Source: the human T2T-CHM13v2.0 reference genome, Homo sapiens
Assembly: GCF_009914755.1 (NCBI RefSeq)
Contig: NC_060945.1
Length of the DNA stretch: 64,000 bases
Reading direction: 5' to 3' (one strand)
This document shows, piece by piece, positions 29,601-43,608 of this stretch. Each line of letters begins with the position of its first letter. The stretch's first letter is position 1. A model generated the notes under the pieces. That model was not told the DNA's origin. It searched no databases and worked only from the letters and a program-made list of their open reading frames with translations. A program made the translations under genes and the position numbers.

Positions 29601-30514
29601 AGCCCGCTGCACAGGGTGACCTGGGCCAAGGGCCCTTCACTTTGACTTCCTCATTGGCAAGCTGCCCTGTGTTTGGACTGGGTCGAGGCTGTCAACCTTG
29701 CTGCCCCTCGGAGTCCCCCCTGGTGTCCCCCAAACAGATTCTAAGCTGCTTTCCTGGGGCTGGAGGCCAGGCATTGGGATTTTTTAAAGAGCTTCCCAGC
29801 AGGTGAGCAGCCTTTCATGGGTATCAGGAGACCTTCCTGGCAAATGTGGTGAAGGTCCTTCCTCCTGAGCGATGCCTTAGACCCAGGAGCCCAGGGAGGC
29901 TGCTCACCTGATCGTTAGGACAGGAGCAGTGGAAACCTCTGGCCTCAGACCCCCTGGAGGAATCCCTCCCTCTAAGACTCTGGGACTGGTGCACGCAAGG
30001 AGCTATCGTGAACATTGCTCCCAACTGGCCGCTTGCTTGTCCCCCGGCTCCCCTTGGCCCCAGTGGCGGCTTTGCCTGAATTAGAGGGCGTGAGAGCCAC
30101 CTGTGTCTCAGCACTGCAATTAAAGCAGGAAGCCCTTTCGGAAGCAGCCGTGTGCACCAGCCTCCCATGGGTGGAGCAGAGCAAACCACCCACTTCTGCC
30201 CTCTGCCCTTCTTCCCTTTTCTCGACACCCTGCGGCCCCCCAGTTTCAGCAGAGTTTATTTGGGGTGAAAAACAAGAGATGCTCAGCGCCTGTGGGATGT
30301 GTGGGCTGACTCGTACATTAGGATGTGTGTCAATCTGAAATAACCTGGCCGTTATATGGATGCCTTGGGGCTTGGGGGGTTTCTGGCAGTCTGTCGAGCC
30401 CGAGGTGAACGTCCCCAAGGCTGCTGGTGAATCAGATCCCTGGCGTTCTCCGTTGGCAGTTCAGCCCAACAGTTTCTCTGCCGGCCGTGCCTCTGCAGGT
30501 CCCTCCTCTGATCT

Positions 30515-31237
30515 GATTGGATTAATATTTGAATCAATAGACTGAGTCAAGCAGAATGTGGGTGGGCCTCATGCAATCAGCTGAAGCCCTGAAAAGAGCA
30601 AAAGGGCTGCCCCTTCCCCCGAGGAGGAGAGAACCCCTCCTGCCGGACGGCCTCCGAACTGGAACATCAGCTTTTTGCTGCCTTTGGACTTGAACTGAAA
30701 CATTACCTCTCCCTGGGTCTTGAGTCTGCCTACGTTGGCACGGGAACTACACGTTGGCTCTCTTGGGCCCCAGCTTGCTGACTCACCTTGCAGGTGGTGG
30801 TGGACTTGTCAGCTCCGTAACTGTGTGAGCCAATTTCAATTTCTTAGAATCACAAATTTCTTTCTTTCTTTTCTTTTTTTCTTTTGAGACAGAGTTTCGC
30901 TTTAGTTGCCCAGGCTGGAGTGCAAAGGTGTGATCTCGGCGCACTGCAACCTCTGCCTCCAGGTTCAAGCGATTCCCCTGCCTAAGCCTCCTGAGTAGCT
31001 GGGACTGCAGGCGCCCAACACCACACCTGGCTAATTTTTGTATTTTTAGTAGAGATGGGTTTTTGCCATGTTGGCCAGACTGGTCTCTAACTCCTGACCT
31101 CAGGTGATCTGCCCGCCTCAGCCTCCCAAAGTGCTGGGATTACAGGCGTGCACCAACATGCCCGGCCCACAAATTTCTTTCTTTTCTTTTCTTTTTTTAA
31201 AATCAGTTTTCTGTTTCTCTGGAGAATCCTGACAAAG
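30515..31237 (+). mobile_element. MLT2 (ERVL) LTR interrupted by Alu (30856-31167, minus)
   Basis: atgtgggtgggcctcatgcaatcagctgaag...tgtgagccaatt; TSD cacaaatttctttc around the Alu. Confidence 0.8.
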
Positions 31238-31720
31238 AGCGCATATCTGAGAATTTTAAAATCATTTATTGGAACTATTGAATCTGTTGTATTCTGTTTT
31301 TACTTTTGAAAATCCTTGCGGCTGGGGGAATGTACACCTTCTCTCTTTTCCTCTTAAACATTAAAGCCTGATTCGAGGTAGAGGCAACTCACTGTTGTGA
31401 TGTCCTTTTATCCCAACCTCAGCCCCGGCAGAAAGACTCCGCGCCTTGGGACATTGGTGTTTTCCAGGAGTGACTGTGCTGGGGCAGCTGCCTGTTGCGA
31501 TGAGGGCTGGCGGGGAACGATCCCCTCTGAGTTTGGCGTCACTTATTTGGAACCCTCCAGCAGAAAGCTTTCTAAGATGCCACACTATAAACTCATTCAT
31601 GCAGTTATTGCGTTTCAGTTCAGATTCTATTGCTCTTGCTTCATTATTTCAAAGCCACATGATGATATCCATTACTGGGTGCAGAATGGCCCTGATGGGT
31701 CTAGAAGCACCGTGGTCTGA

Positions 31721-32143
<423 letters not shown>

Positions 32144-32504
32144 TGCACCAACTTTTACAGACAGGCTGGAGTCCTGTCTAGAAGTCAGGACACCAGGCCT
32201 GGCTGGCACCCTATTCTCCAGACCACGCTGCCCTCCGCAGCCAGGTCCCAGGACCCAGACATAGGTGGATTTTTGTTTCTGCCTTGCATTCGCTCTTTTA
32301 CATGAACCGTGAATTCTTTGTCCTAACGTTATTGTTAGGGCGACAGCATTCCTGATCGTGGTGCTAATGCTGTTATCAATAGGCTCCAAAGCTTATCCTT
32401 GATGCTCACGATCTCAGAGTTGGAAGAGGCCCTGGCAAGCACCCAGGCCAGTCTTCTCTGGTAAGTGCCCTATGCCCTTAAAACCACCTCAGGATTTCAA
32501 GGAC

Positions 32505-33613
<1,109 letters not shown>

Positions 33614-34949
33614 TAATGGCCTTACCTACATTTAATGACAATAAGTGATGGATACTTAAAATACACTCTAGTTCTAGAAGGCATTCCCATACATTAATTA
33701 ATTTGGTTTTCATAAAATCAGGAGGCATTAAAACACCATTAAATTAGAAGGCATCACTATTCCCTTTTGGTAATTTCTCATTTAGGAAACCGAGGCACTG
33801 AATGGATAAATGCCACCCAGGGGACCCTGTCCAGCCGTTGGCAGAACGAGGACTGGACTGAGGGTATTTGGCTCCTAATCCAGGGCTTTCCCCAGGTTCC
33901 ACTGTGAGGCATGCAGGGTCTGAAAACACACCGGCACGTGCGTGTCCACTGCCCCCCTGGCCTTAGCTATGCCTTTGCTGTGTTACGGAAGCACCTCTGA
34001 AGGCCTGGGCGCCTCTTCTGGGAGTTTCTCGTGTCTCTTCGCCTTCCGATCTGCTCTGGCCTTGCCACGAGAAAGCGACAGGCCCATGCTGCTCCTTGGG
34101 GCCTGGAGACAATGTCCCAACCCCAGGCCGCACCCTCGCTTTCCATCCAACCCGGCAACTGCTGCCCGTGGAGGGCCACAGTCTCCGAAGTGGAATGTGG
34201 AAAAGGAAAAGTCATTCGGGCTGTGATAAGAAAGCCGAGCTTCTTCAAAGGTAAACAGAAACAGAGACAAAGACGAGGGCACGTGTCTGTGTGAGTGAGG
34301 GAGAGAGAGATGGGGGAGGGGAGCAAAACAGAGGCGGCCCGGAGAACTCTCCAGAAGGGTCCGAAGGCTGCCACATGGAGGAGTGGCACTCACTGTCCAG
34401 TGTGAGGGTGGACCAGGCTTCTCGGATGTGGTCGTTCCAGCAGGAAGGCCAACCGTGATTCCATATCGTGAGGAATTTTCAGGCAGAGCCATCTGTCCAC
34501 AAAAGGGGCCATCCCACTGGATTCGTGTCCTGGTGTTCAGGAGGACACGGTCCCGTCCTCAAGGTCGTGTGAGCACCTGAGTCACCCGGATGCCGGGGGG
34601 CCTATCCTCCAGTGCCTGAGTGAGAGAGGGGTGAGGCTGGGAGCCTGCATTTTCTATATGTTCCCTCCCCATGCAGGTGGTCCCCACACACACCCCGAGA
34701 AACAGGGTGTTAAGTCACCGCCGCTGTCAGAGAGCCACCTGGATGGGCTGGATGCTGGGCTGGATGACTCAAGGTCTCTTCCAAGTCCAAACCATTTTTT
34801 GGTTGCATGACTCTCCTCCCTAGCTCGTCCTCACATTCTCCATCACAACCAGCTTTCCCTGAAAATAAACCCAGCTGGCCACCCCTTGGAGATGAGGGCT
34901 TCTCCCACCCTGCCTCTTTCTGCCTGCACCTGCCCGGCAGCCGTTACCA

Positions 34950-35543
34950 TGCATGCCCATATACATATGAGTGAATATGTGTACATGTGTTAGTGTGGGC
35001 ATGTGTGAATGAGCATGCATGAGTGATGTGGCATATGAGTTTGTGTTTGTAAGTGTAAGTGTGAACATGTGTCAGTATGTGTGTGGACTTGTGTGAGTGT
35101 GTCTGTATGTGTCGATGCACATGTGAGTGTGGATGTGTCTGTGTTTATGCCCAGTGTGAGCGCATGTATGTGAGTGTGAGTGGGTGTGAATGCCTGGGCA
35201 TGTGTGCCCTGAAAGCCAGCATGGCACACCAGTGGCCTCCATTGTCTCTCCAGCCCTTGGATGCTGTGTGGGGGATGCTGGCCTTTCTGCACAGAGGCCC
35301 TGAGCGAATTTGGGGCTCTCTGCTGGATGGACTGTGGAAGACACACCCCGGCATTGTTGGACACCAAGTGCTGGAGAATTCTCTCCCTGGTGGGTTACAG
35401 TATGGGGTTGTTTTTCTCCTCAGAGTGTTTACATGGACAGGGCAAATGTGAAAAATCCCTCCGGCCATCATGCAGGAAAATATGTATAAAGGATAACTGG
35501 AGAAAAATGCCTTCCATGGACAAAACACAGACAGAAACACACA

Positions 35544-35580
<37 letters not shown>
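34950..35580. repeat. Degenerate (TG)-rich tract (34950-35205) and (CA)n microsatellite (35525-35580)
   Basis: direct inspection. Confidence 0.9.
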
Positions 35581-35585
<5 letters not shown>

Positions 35586-35819
35586 CAGGGGTATCTTTCA
35601 TTGTGCCTCAATAAAACAGAGGTTGAAGGAGACACCAAGCTAGAAACAGACTGTTAATTTTGGGATTTTTTTCTTTAATCATTTTAATATAAAGAGACAG
35701 CATGTTACAATGACATTTTATGGATGATTATAAATTATTATGAAGTCCTCAACTGGTAAAATGTCTTGATTTTGTTCCCCTGTCTTGGGGTCTGTGGTTA
35801 AATCATGACAGACCAGCAG

Positions 35820-35970
35820 TGGAGTGGAGTGTGAAGAACTGCGGCTTGAGGCTTAGACAAGCCTGGGTTTAATCTCTTGTTTACTGGCTGTGTGGCCTTT
35901 CTGAACCTGTTTTCTCACCTATATAATAGGGACAAAGGACCTATTTCATAGGGCAATCGTGAAGATGAGA
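35820..35970 (+). mobile_element. MIR fragment
   Basis: ttactggctgtgtggcctt...ctgtttctcacctataTaatagggac. Confidence 0.6.
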
Positions 35971-36208
35971 GACAACAGTGCACCAGACGAATTTTGAGTT
36001 TTAACCTGTAATATTATCCCTGATTTACCTTGATATTTTATAGACATTCATACATTATAGTAGCAAACATTTTGAGATGATATATACAAGATAATACAAA
36101 TTCATCTTGCATTTTAAAATGTTCAGATTTACTTAAATCATAATACTTTTTATTCTTTTAGTGTTAATAAAATTTCACTTCCTTGAGTATTATATAATAG
36201 CTTTAACA

Positions 36209-37494
36209 TTTATTCTTTTCGTATGAAAACGTTTTTTAATGAGCCAATTCTGTGTGAAGCTTTTGGTTTTCTATAAAAGCTGCTGTGTTCCAAGGACACC
36301 CGTTGTACGCAGCCCCTTTGCTGTGAGATCATTTCCAGCCTCCTTTTTGTATTCTTGTCATGGCATCTGACATTTAGTCATTAGCCAAGCAAATGCAGCA
36401 GTTCATCATCTCAGAGATTAATCTACAGAGAATAAAAGAGGTAGCAACGTTGGTGTGGGAGTTAGGCGAGAAGGTCCCTTCTGGAGGAATCGTTTTGTAT
36501 CTAGAACACCAGGGAATTATGCTCCCGAACCATGCAGCCAACGTGAATCTTTGTTAATTCATCTGAATGTTTCCTCAGTAAAATCAACAAGATCTTCTTC
36601 ATCCAATGTTAAAAATTGGGCTTCAGCAGTCAACACTAAGAAGTGAGAGGCAATCAACGGTGCAGTATGAAAACATCATGAGCTAGAAAGAACTTAACAT
36701 GAGATTTAGAAATCTACTTCACATATACCATGATGACTACTGAAATAAAACATTAATCACCTGTATTCTTATCACTCCTCAAAATGTTTTCTTCCTGTCC
36801 CAGGGCCCTTTCTGGAGTTTTCTCCATGCTTATATAACTGTACAGAGTTGTCACTTTCATGGAGATGAAATTGCATGCGTTGCTGTTTTGACTTCACATT
36901 GTTAAGTATTTGTTTGTGCTACTAAAACTTCATGGTGAGCATTTCAACGCCCGTGTAATGCTGCATCCAGATGCTCTGTAATAATTACTCTCCCACTCTC
37001 CTGTGGCTGTCCAATTATGTAATTTCCCACTTTAAGTCATAATAGGTAATGCACATCCCTGTGACCACAGCTTCGTGCTCTCAGCCCAAGCTCCGGGAGG
37101 AGAGGACTGGGTCAAAGCACCTGGACATTTTTGTGACTTTTGAAGTGCATTGTGGAACCGTGTGAAGGACGCTTTTCTGAACGTGATGTACCACTTTGAT
37201 TTGACGCTGTTTTCTTCTGCCAGTTCAGAACGATAGGGTAAGAGAATACTCCGTGTTGATGGAGAGACTCAGATTTGAGTCTCAAATGTGTTTTCTGCGT
37301 AACAACGAGATGGGATCCAGCGATGCGGTCTGGGCTTTTGGGTACTCACCTTTCCTAAAAGATGCCATCTGCTTGGAGCAGAATAGGCTGTGACACGCAG
37401 GAGCCCCCAGGGAAACGGCCATGGCAATGGTGGGTGTTAACGAGCAGGCATAAGGGACTGCTCCCAGCGGTGCTTCCTCTGAAGTCATTGCCAC
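36209..37494 (-). pseudogene. Candidate decayed 3-exon gene (small EF-hand-like protein, possibly secreted), head-to-head with UMODL1
   Basis: minus-strand exons 37494-37350, 36682-36543 and 36422-36381 with acceptors, one perfect donor and a downstream AATAAA; phase-consistent reconstruction ends in an EF-hand-like motif (see findings). Confidence 0.4.
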
Positions 37495-37628
37495 CTGCAG
37501 CAGCACAGGGGACAGAAAGGCCGTTTCTCCAGGTCCAGGCAGCTCAGGCCCCTATGAGCCCTGGCGTAGCAGAGACCCAGGCTTCTTGGTAGAGGCCCAG
37601 AGCCCTGTACTGCCACCACTGCCGGACG

Positions 37629-37704
37629 ATGCTCAGGACCTCGGGGCTGGCACTGCTGGCTCTGGTCAGTGCTGTGGGCCCAAGCCAGGCCAGCGGCTTC
37701 ACAG
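37629..37704 (+). CDS. UMODL1: UMODL1 coding exon 1 (signal peptide MLRTSGLALLALVSAVGPSQASGFT)
   Basis: ATG at 37629 (A at -3), hydrophobic leader, donor ACAG|GTGAGG, phase 1; recognised N-terminus of human UMODL1. Confidence 0.95.
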
Positions 37705-38136
37705 GTGAGGGGTCTGGGCTTGGCATGGGCAGTTCTTAAGGACAGGGGCTTCCTGGCATGGGTCTCATGAGGACAGCCCCCTGTGGAGACCTGGGCAGGC
37801 AAGGACGCCTCTGCTTGGAGAGGCGACATCTGTTCTTTTGTGGACAAGCTTTTTGGTAAGCGCACATGGTAGCAGCTGTGGAGGTGGGGCAGGAGTGCCG
37901 GGTAGGGTTTTGGGAAGAGGACTCCCCCAGTGGGAACCTGTTGCTGAATCACCTGGGCGTTCGTGGGGGTAAAATGCAGATTCTTAGCCAGCAGGTCTGG
38001 GGTGCAGGGCCTGGAACTCTACATGTCTGTGGGTGATGCAGATGCTGTGGGTCCTCAGATCCCACTGAGAACAGTGAGCTCCTACAGACGCAGAAGAAAG
38101 GTCTCCTGAACCTTGGTGCATTCAAGTCCTCACTTA

Positions 38137-38436
<300 letters not shown>

Positions 38437-39329
38437 TCAGGGACTTGCCCAGGCCACACAGCTCACAGGGCAGAGTCACCACAGGAGCCAGAGGCTGCAC
38501 CAGGGCTCTGTCCGGAGTTTTCCCAGGCATGCGGAGAGCAGAGCAGCTTCTTAAAAACACACGGGAGTTCTGAAACCCCAGAATCCAGGGAAATGGGACT
38601 GCGGAATTTTAAAATCATTTTCCTCTTAAAATCTGTCATATTCAGTTACAAATTTAAAGGAATCCATTCTGTTTCTAAAATCAACTATGTTTTTGTACTA
38701 CTTTAACGTTTTTCACCCAGAAGCAGGATTTTGCTTTGTGATTTGTGAAATGGATTTTCCCATTGGAACAGGTAATGTGTAGACCCCACAGTTCAGATGC
38801 ATAATGGGTGGGTATCCTGGGAAGCTGGAGAAGGTCTTAGGAGGTGTTTCCAGAACCCCTCATTGTATATGAGGACACGGGGCAGAACCTCAGCAACCCC
38901 ACACGTGGTCGCCCCGAATTTTCCCTGTGTGCCAGCACTGCCTTCACAGGCATGACCCCACTTCAGCCTTTTGCAGCCACAGGACATGGCTGTTATTTCA
39001 CAGATGACAAGAGAGGGGCACTGGGAGGGCATGACATGGGCGCAATCATGCAACAGGGGTTTGTGAGCCTGGGTGTGAGCGCAGGTCCATCTGACCCCAG
39101 GACTCTTGTTGGCCCCAGAGCATTAGGCTTTCCCATCTCTGAGACCGGAATCCAAGACCCCCGGCTCCTGCTCTGATGGCCCTTGTGGGTCTTTGCGGGA
39201 TGGCAGGATCTGCTAACTGCTTTCTTCTCTGGGCTTGGCCAAGAAGCCAGGCTTGGGATGGCACGTGACCTCGGATAAAATGTTAAAAACAAAACAGGGC
39301 AAACATCTCCCGGGCTCCACAGGAGATGA

Positions 39330-39382
39330 GTGTGTGTGTGCGCGCGCGCGCGTGTGTGTGTGTGCGTGTGCGCATGTGTGCA
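39330..39382. repeat. (TG)n(CG)6(TG)n alternating purine-pyrimidine tract
   Basis: direct inspection. Confidence 0.95.
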
Positions 39383-40351
39383 GGACGGCTCTGCTGCGGA
39401 CCAGCTGGGGCCATGTAACGATCAGGTGGGGCCCTGGCACCTCTCTAGAGACCAGGAGCTGTAAGTGTCCTTAATGTGGTTGGCATCTCTGCTCAGGTTA
39501 CGATGAAAAACGCAAGCTAGATCCACTCTGCTAAGTTCTTGGTGCAGGAAGTCCTCGGCCTTTGCCTAGCTCGGCGTGGTCACTGAGTAGGTGAGCGCGT
39601 TCCTTCCGGCCATATTCCACCGTTCTTCATGCAAGTCACCTCTAGGCTCTCAGCCAAGCTGCCCTGGTCCCGGAAGCTGATTTGTCCTGTTCCACCCCGT
39701 ACGATGAGGACCTCCCGTTCCTTTGCAGAGCTCACAGTAACTACCCCACTGGTGATGCCAAGCAGCAGGTGGTCCCCATCCCCAGAGGCCCTGCTGAGCC
39801 CGCAGGGTGATTTGGGGTTCAGCCCCCAGAGGAAGTTGCAGCTCCAGTCCCTGTTGCTTGTGGAGTGGGGTCGCTGTGCAGCAAGTGTGTGGTCCAGCAC
39901 CTGTGTTCTGCCCAGAGCAAATCTGCAGCCTCTTCCCTCACCGTGTTTGAGGGCTGGCTCTGCCCTGTTTCTTCCTGGGGTGAGTAACAAGCCCCTGGAG
40001 TCCTGCTTTCTGCACACTTGTAGGTTGCTGCGAGGTCCAAGGAGGGAATCTTCAGAGATGCTGCCCCAGTGGAGCGAATAAGGACAGCAGTGGTTTTGTG
40101 ATCATTTCTGCTCCCATCTCTGTGTTCCTCCCCAGAAATCAATCCAGCTACTCATTGAGGGAAATCAACTGTAATACTGAGCCCCCACCTCTTGGGGGTA
40201 CAGTCTAGTAAAGCTTAGAGCTCAGGGGTTGAGTGTCTGAAATGCAAGCACTGTATGTCAAATCCTCCGTTCATCCTGCACTGAGAGTCCATGTACTCAG
40301 GGCCCCCTGCTAGGTGCCACGGGGGAGCTGGAGGGGACCCTTCACCATCCC

Positions 40352-40775
40352 TGTGTGCACTGGCTAGGGCTGCTGTAACAAAGAAACACAGCCTGCGTGG
40401 CTTAAACAGCAGAAATGGATTCGGTCACAGGTCTGGAGGCCGGAAGTCTAAGATGAAGTTGCGGGCAGGGCTGGCTCCTCCCGAGCCCCTGCAGGAGTCT
40501 CTGCTCCGGGCCTCCAGCTTCTGGAGCTGCTGGCAATCTTTGGTGTTCCTTGACAGGTAGAAGCATCACCCTGGTCTCTACCTTCTCCCTGTGTGCCTGT
40601 CTGTCTCCACATTTCCCTTTAGTATAAGGGCCAGTCATATTGTATTAGGGCCCACCCTAATGTCTCCACTTTAACTTGATACCCTCTGTAAGACATTACT
40701 GCAGATAAGGTCATATTCTGAGTTACTGGGGTTTAGGACTTTAACACACTAATTTTTGGAGGAACACAATCAATT
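40352..40775 (-). mobile_element. MLT1B/C-like LTR
   Basis: ctagggctgctgtaacaaag...ataaggtcatattctgag. Confidence 0.85.
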
Positions 40776-41054
40776 CAAACTAGGCAGTAGGGGCTCCCGG
40801 GGAGATGGGAAGCCCAGGCACCACGTCAGGGGATGTCCATGACCAAAGAGTCTCGTGGTGAATGTCATGGGGCCAGGGGTCTCGAGAACGGAGTAATCAC
40901 GTTGATGGAGGGGCGATGGGCCTTGTGTAAAGGAACCAGGCTCCAGTGAGAGATATGTGGGGCCCAATAGGGTAAACCTGATGCTTGTCCTGCAGCGGGG
41001 GTGACTGTGCCTCCTCCTGATCACAGTGGTAACGGCTGAAAAGTTGAACTGGTC

Positions 41055-41900
<846 letters not shown>

Positions 41901-42323
41901 TAGATGTGCACGAGATTCTACGGCCTGTGGAATCAGCTCACATGGAGCAGAACAAAGGGACGTGATCTCTAAGCATTGATTCCAGCGCTGTGCTCTCTCC
42001 TTCGTATATGGACCGTGAGAACCCTGTGCTTCAGGAAGCATGCGTGGGGCCCAGGTGGCACCTCCTCCTCGGTCACAGCGGCTTTCTTAGCAGGCCAGGC
42101 TACGTTTATGCTTTATTCTTCTGTGCTCACTCATGCAACAGCCTTCCTGGTGCACTAGCAGGCAAAGGCCAGTGGAGAGGGCTGGTGGGCAGCTTCTGAG
42201 AGGCCTGCGCGAGTGCGGGAGGTGTGGTCTCACTTGCTATTGCAGAGGGACGCCTTGCGGATAACCGCTCGCACGGATCTGATCCTGGTGTTCTCAGTCG
42301 CCTTCTTGCTTGGCCTCTTTCAG

Positions 42324-42566
42324 AAAAAGGCCTCTCCCTGTTGGGCTACCAGCTATGCAGCCACCGTGTGACCCACACTGTACAGAAGGTGGAGGCCGTG
42401 CAGACGTCCTACACGTCCTATGTGTCCTGCGGCGGCTGGATCCCCTGGAGGCGGTGCCCTAAGATGGTTTACCGGACACAGTACCTGGTAGTGGAGGTCC
42501 CCGAGTCCAGGAACGTGACTGACTGCTGTGAGGGCTATGAACAGCTCGGCCTCTACTGTGTCTTGC
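42324..42566 (+). CDS. UMODL1: UMODL1 coding exon 2 (EMI domain, aa 26-107)
   Basis: acceptor ctctttcag|AA, donor TTGC|GTGAGT, 243 nt, phase 1-1; EKGLSLLGYQLCSHR...CGGWIPWRRCPKMVYRTQY...DCCEGYEQLGLYCVL. Confidence 0.96.
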
Positions 42567-42734
42567 GTGAGTCCAGGGCTGCTGGGCTGGTGCGGGGCCA
42601 CCCTTGCCGTCGAGACGCCTGATGGGACAGTCACCGTTGGCATCCATTGGCCCCGAACTTGCTAGATCTTCCAGGAGCACGGCTCCCAGCCTTGACCAGG
42701 CAGCAGGTCATCGGCAGGGCTTTCCCTGGCCCCA

Positions 42735-43010
42735 CTCCTAGGTTTCTGAGTCCGTGGGTGGGGGTGAAGTACAAGAATTTGCCCTCCTGACAAGTTCCTG
42801 GGTGACGCTGACGCTGCTGGCCCAGGGACCCCACTTTGAGAACCTCTGCTGTTCTCAGAGGGCTCCTGGATGGCTTTAAAAATGCAGATGCCTGGGTCTC
42901 TTCCTGAGAGAGTGTGAGGGAATTGGCCCGGGGCGTTGAGAGAGTGTCGGAAGTTTTCAAAGCTCCCAGAGTGATTCTCATATACCACTGAGTGTGAGAG
43001 CCAGCACTGA
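42735..43010. mobile_element. MER5A/MER5B fragments
   Basis: caagttcctgggtgacgctgacgctgctgg...ccactttgagaacc; taaaaatgcagatgcctggg. Confidence 0.65.
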
Positions 43011-43319
43011 ACTCTCTTCTACAGCAGCCTTTTCTTTCTAAAAGCTGCAGTGAAATGCTTTCGTAGCCAAAATCCTATTCTGAACTCCAATACGTGAAAG
43101 AGCTGGAAGGAGCCCCGAGCCTACCACCCTAAGTGCTCAGAGGCCCCCAAGTCCTCCCGGTTCCTCAGTGCAGTTTGGAAGCTGCTTTCCTGTAGGATGC
43201 TTGGGGCCAGTTACCAGGGTGACCTGTGTGGTTATGCCAGGCCAGGGTCTGAGCCGTTGGGATAGGGCAGGGACTCAGGGCTCAGCCTACTGACACACAG
43301 GTGATCTCTTCCAGGGGAG

Positions 43320-43322
<3 letters not shown>

Positions 43323-43382
<60 letters not shown>
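43323..43382. repeat. (TG)30 microsatellite
   Basis: 60 nt of perfect TG. Confidence 0.98.
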
Positions 43383-43383
<1 letters not shown>

Positions 43384-43608
43384 TGGCTGCTAATTTTGAG
43401 TCAATACCAGATCTGCAATGAGTTTCTGTACAGTCAGAAGGTCCTGCCTTGCACCCCCACTGTGGAGGGATGTGGGGATGTGTGGCTCCAGCTTGGTGTT
43501 GGCCAGGGTCACTGAGACATAAGGGCTGTGACCTCCAGAGTGCAGAAGCCACCAGCTCCTGGGTGCCACGAAGGGGATCCTGCAGGACCCATCCTTGTGG
43601 CCTGAGAC

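Larger units (their letters stand above)
28762..30515. repeat. Inverted duplication, arms ~28762-29105 and ~30185-30515
   Basis: manual alignment, e.g. tttcagattgacaca(t/c)atcctaatgtac and ttcaccccaaataaactctgc on opposite strands; near-identical peptides in ORFs 28934(+) and 30418(-). Confidence 0.92.

Noticed and set aside
37554-37592. Short uORF upstream of the UMODL1 ATG
   Set aside because: The TSS cannot be placed from sequence alone, so it may not be in the mRNA.
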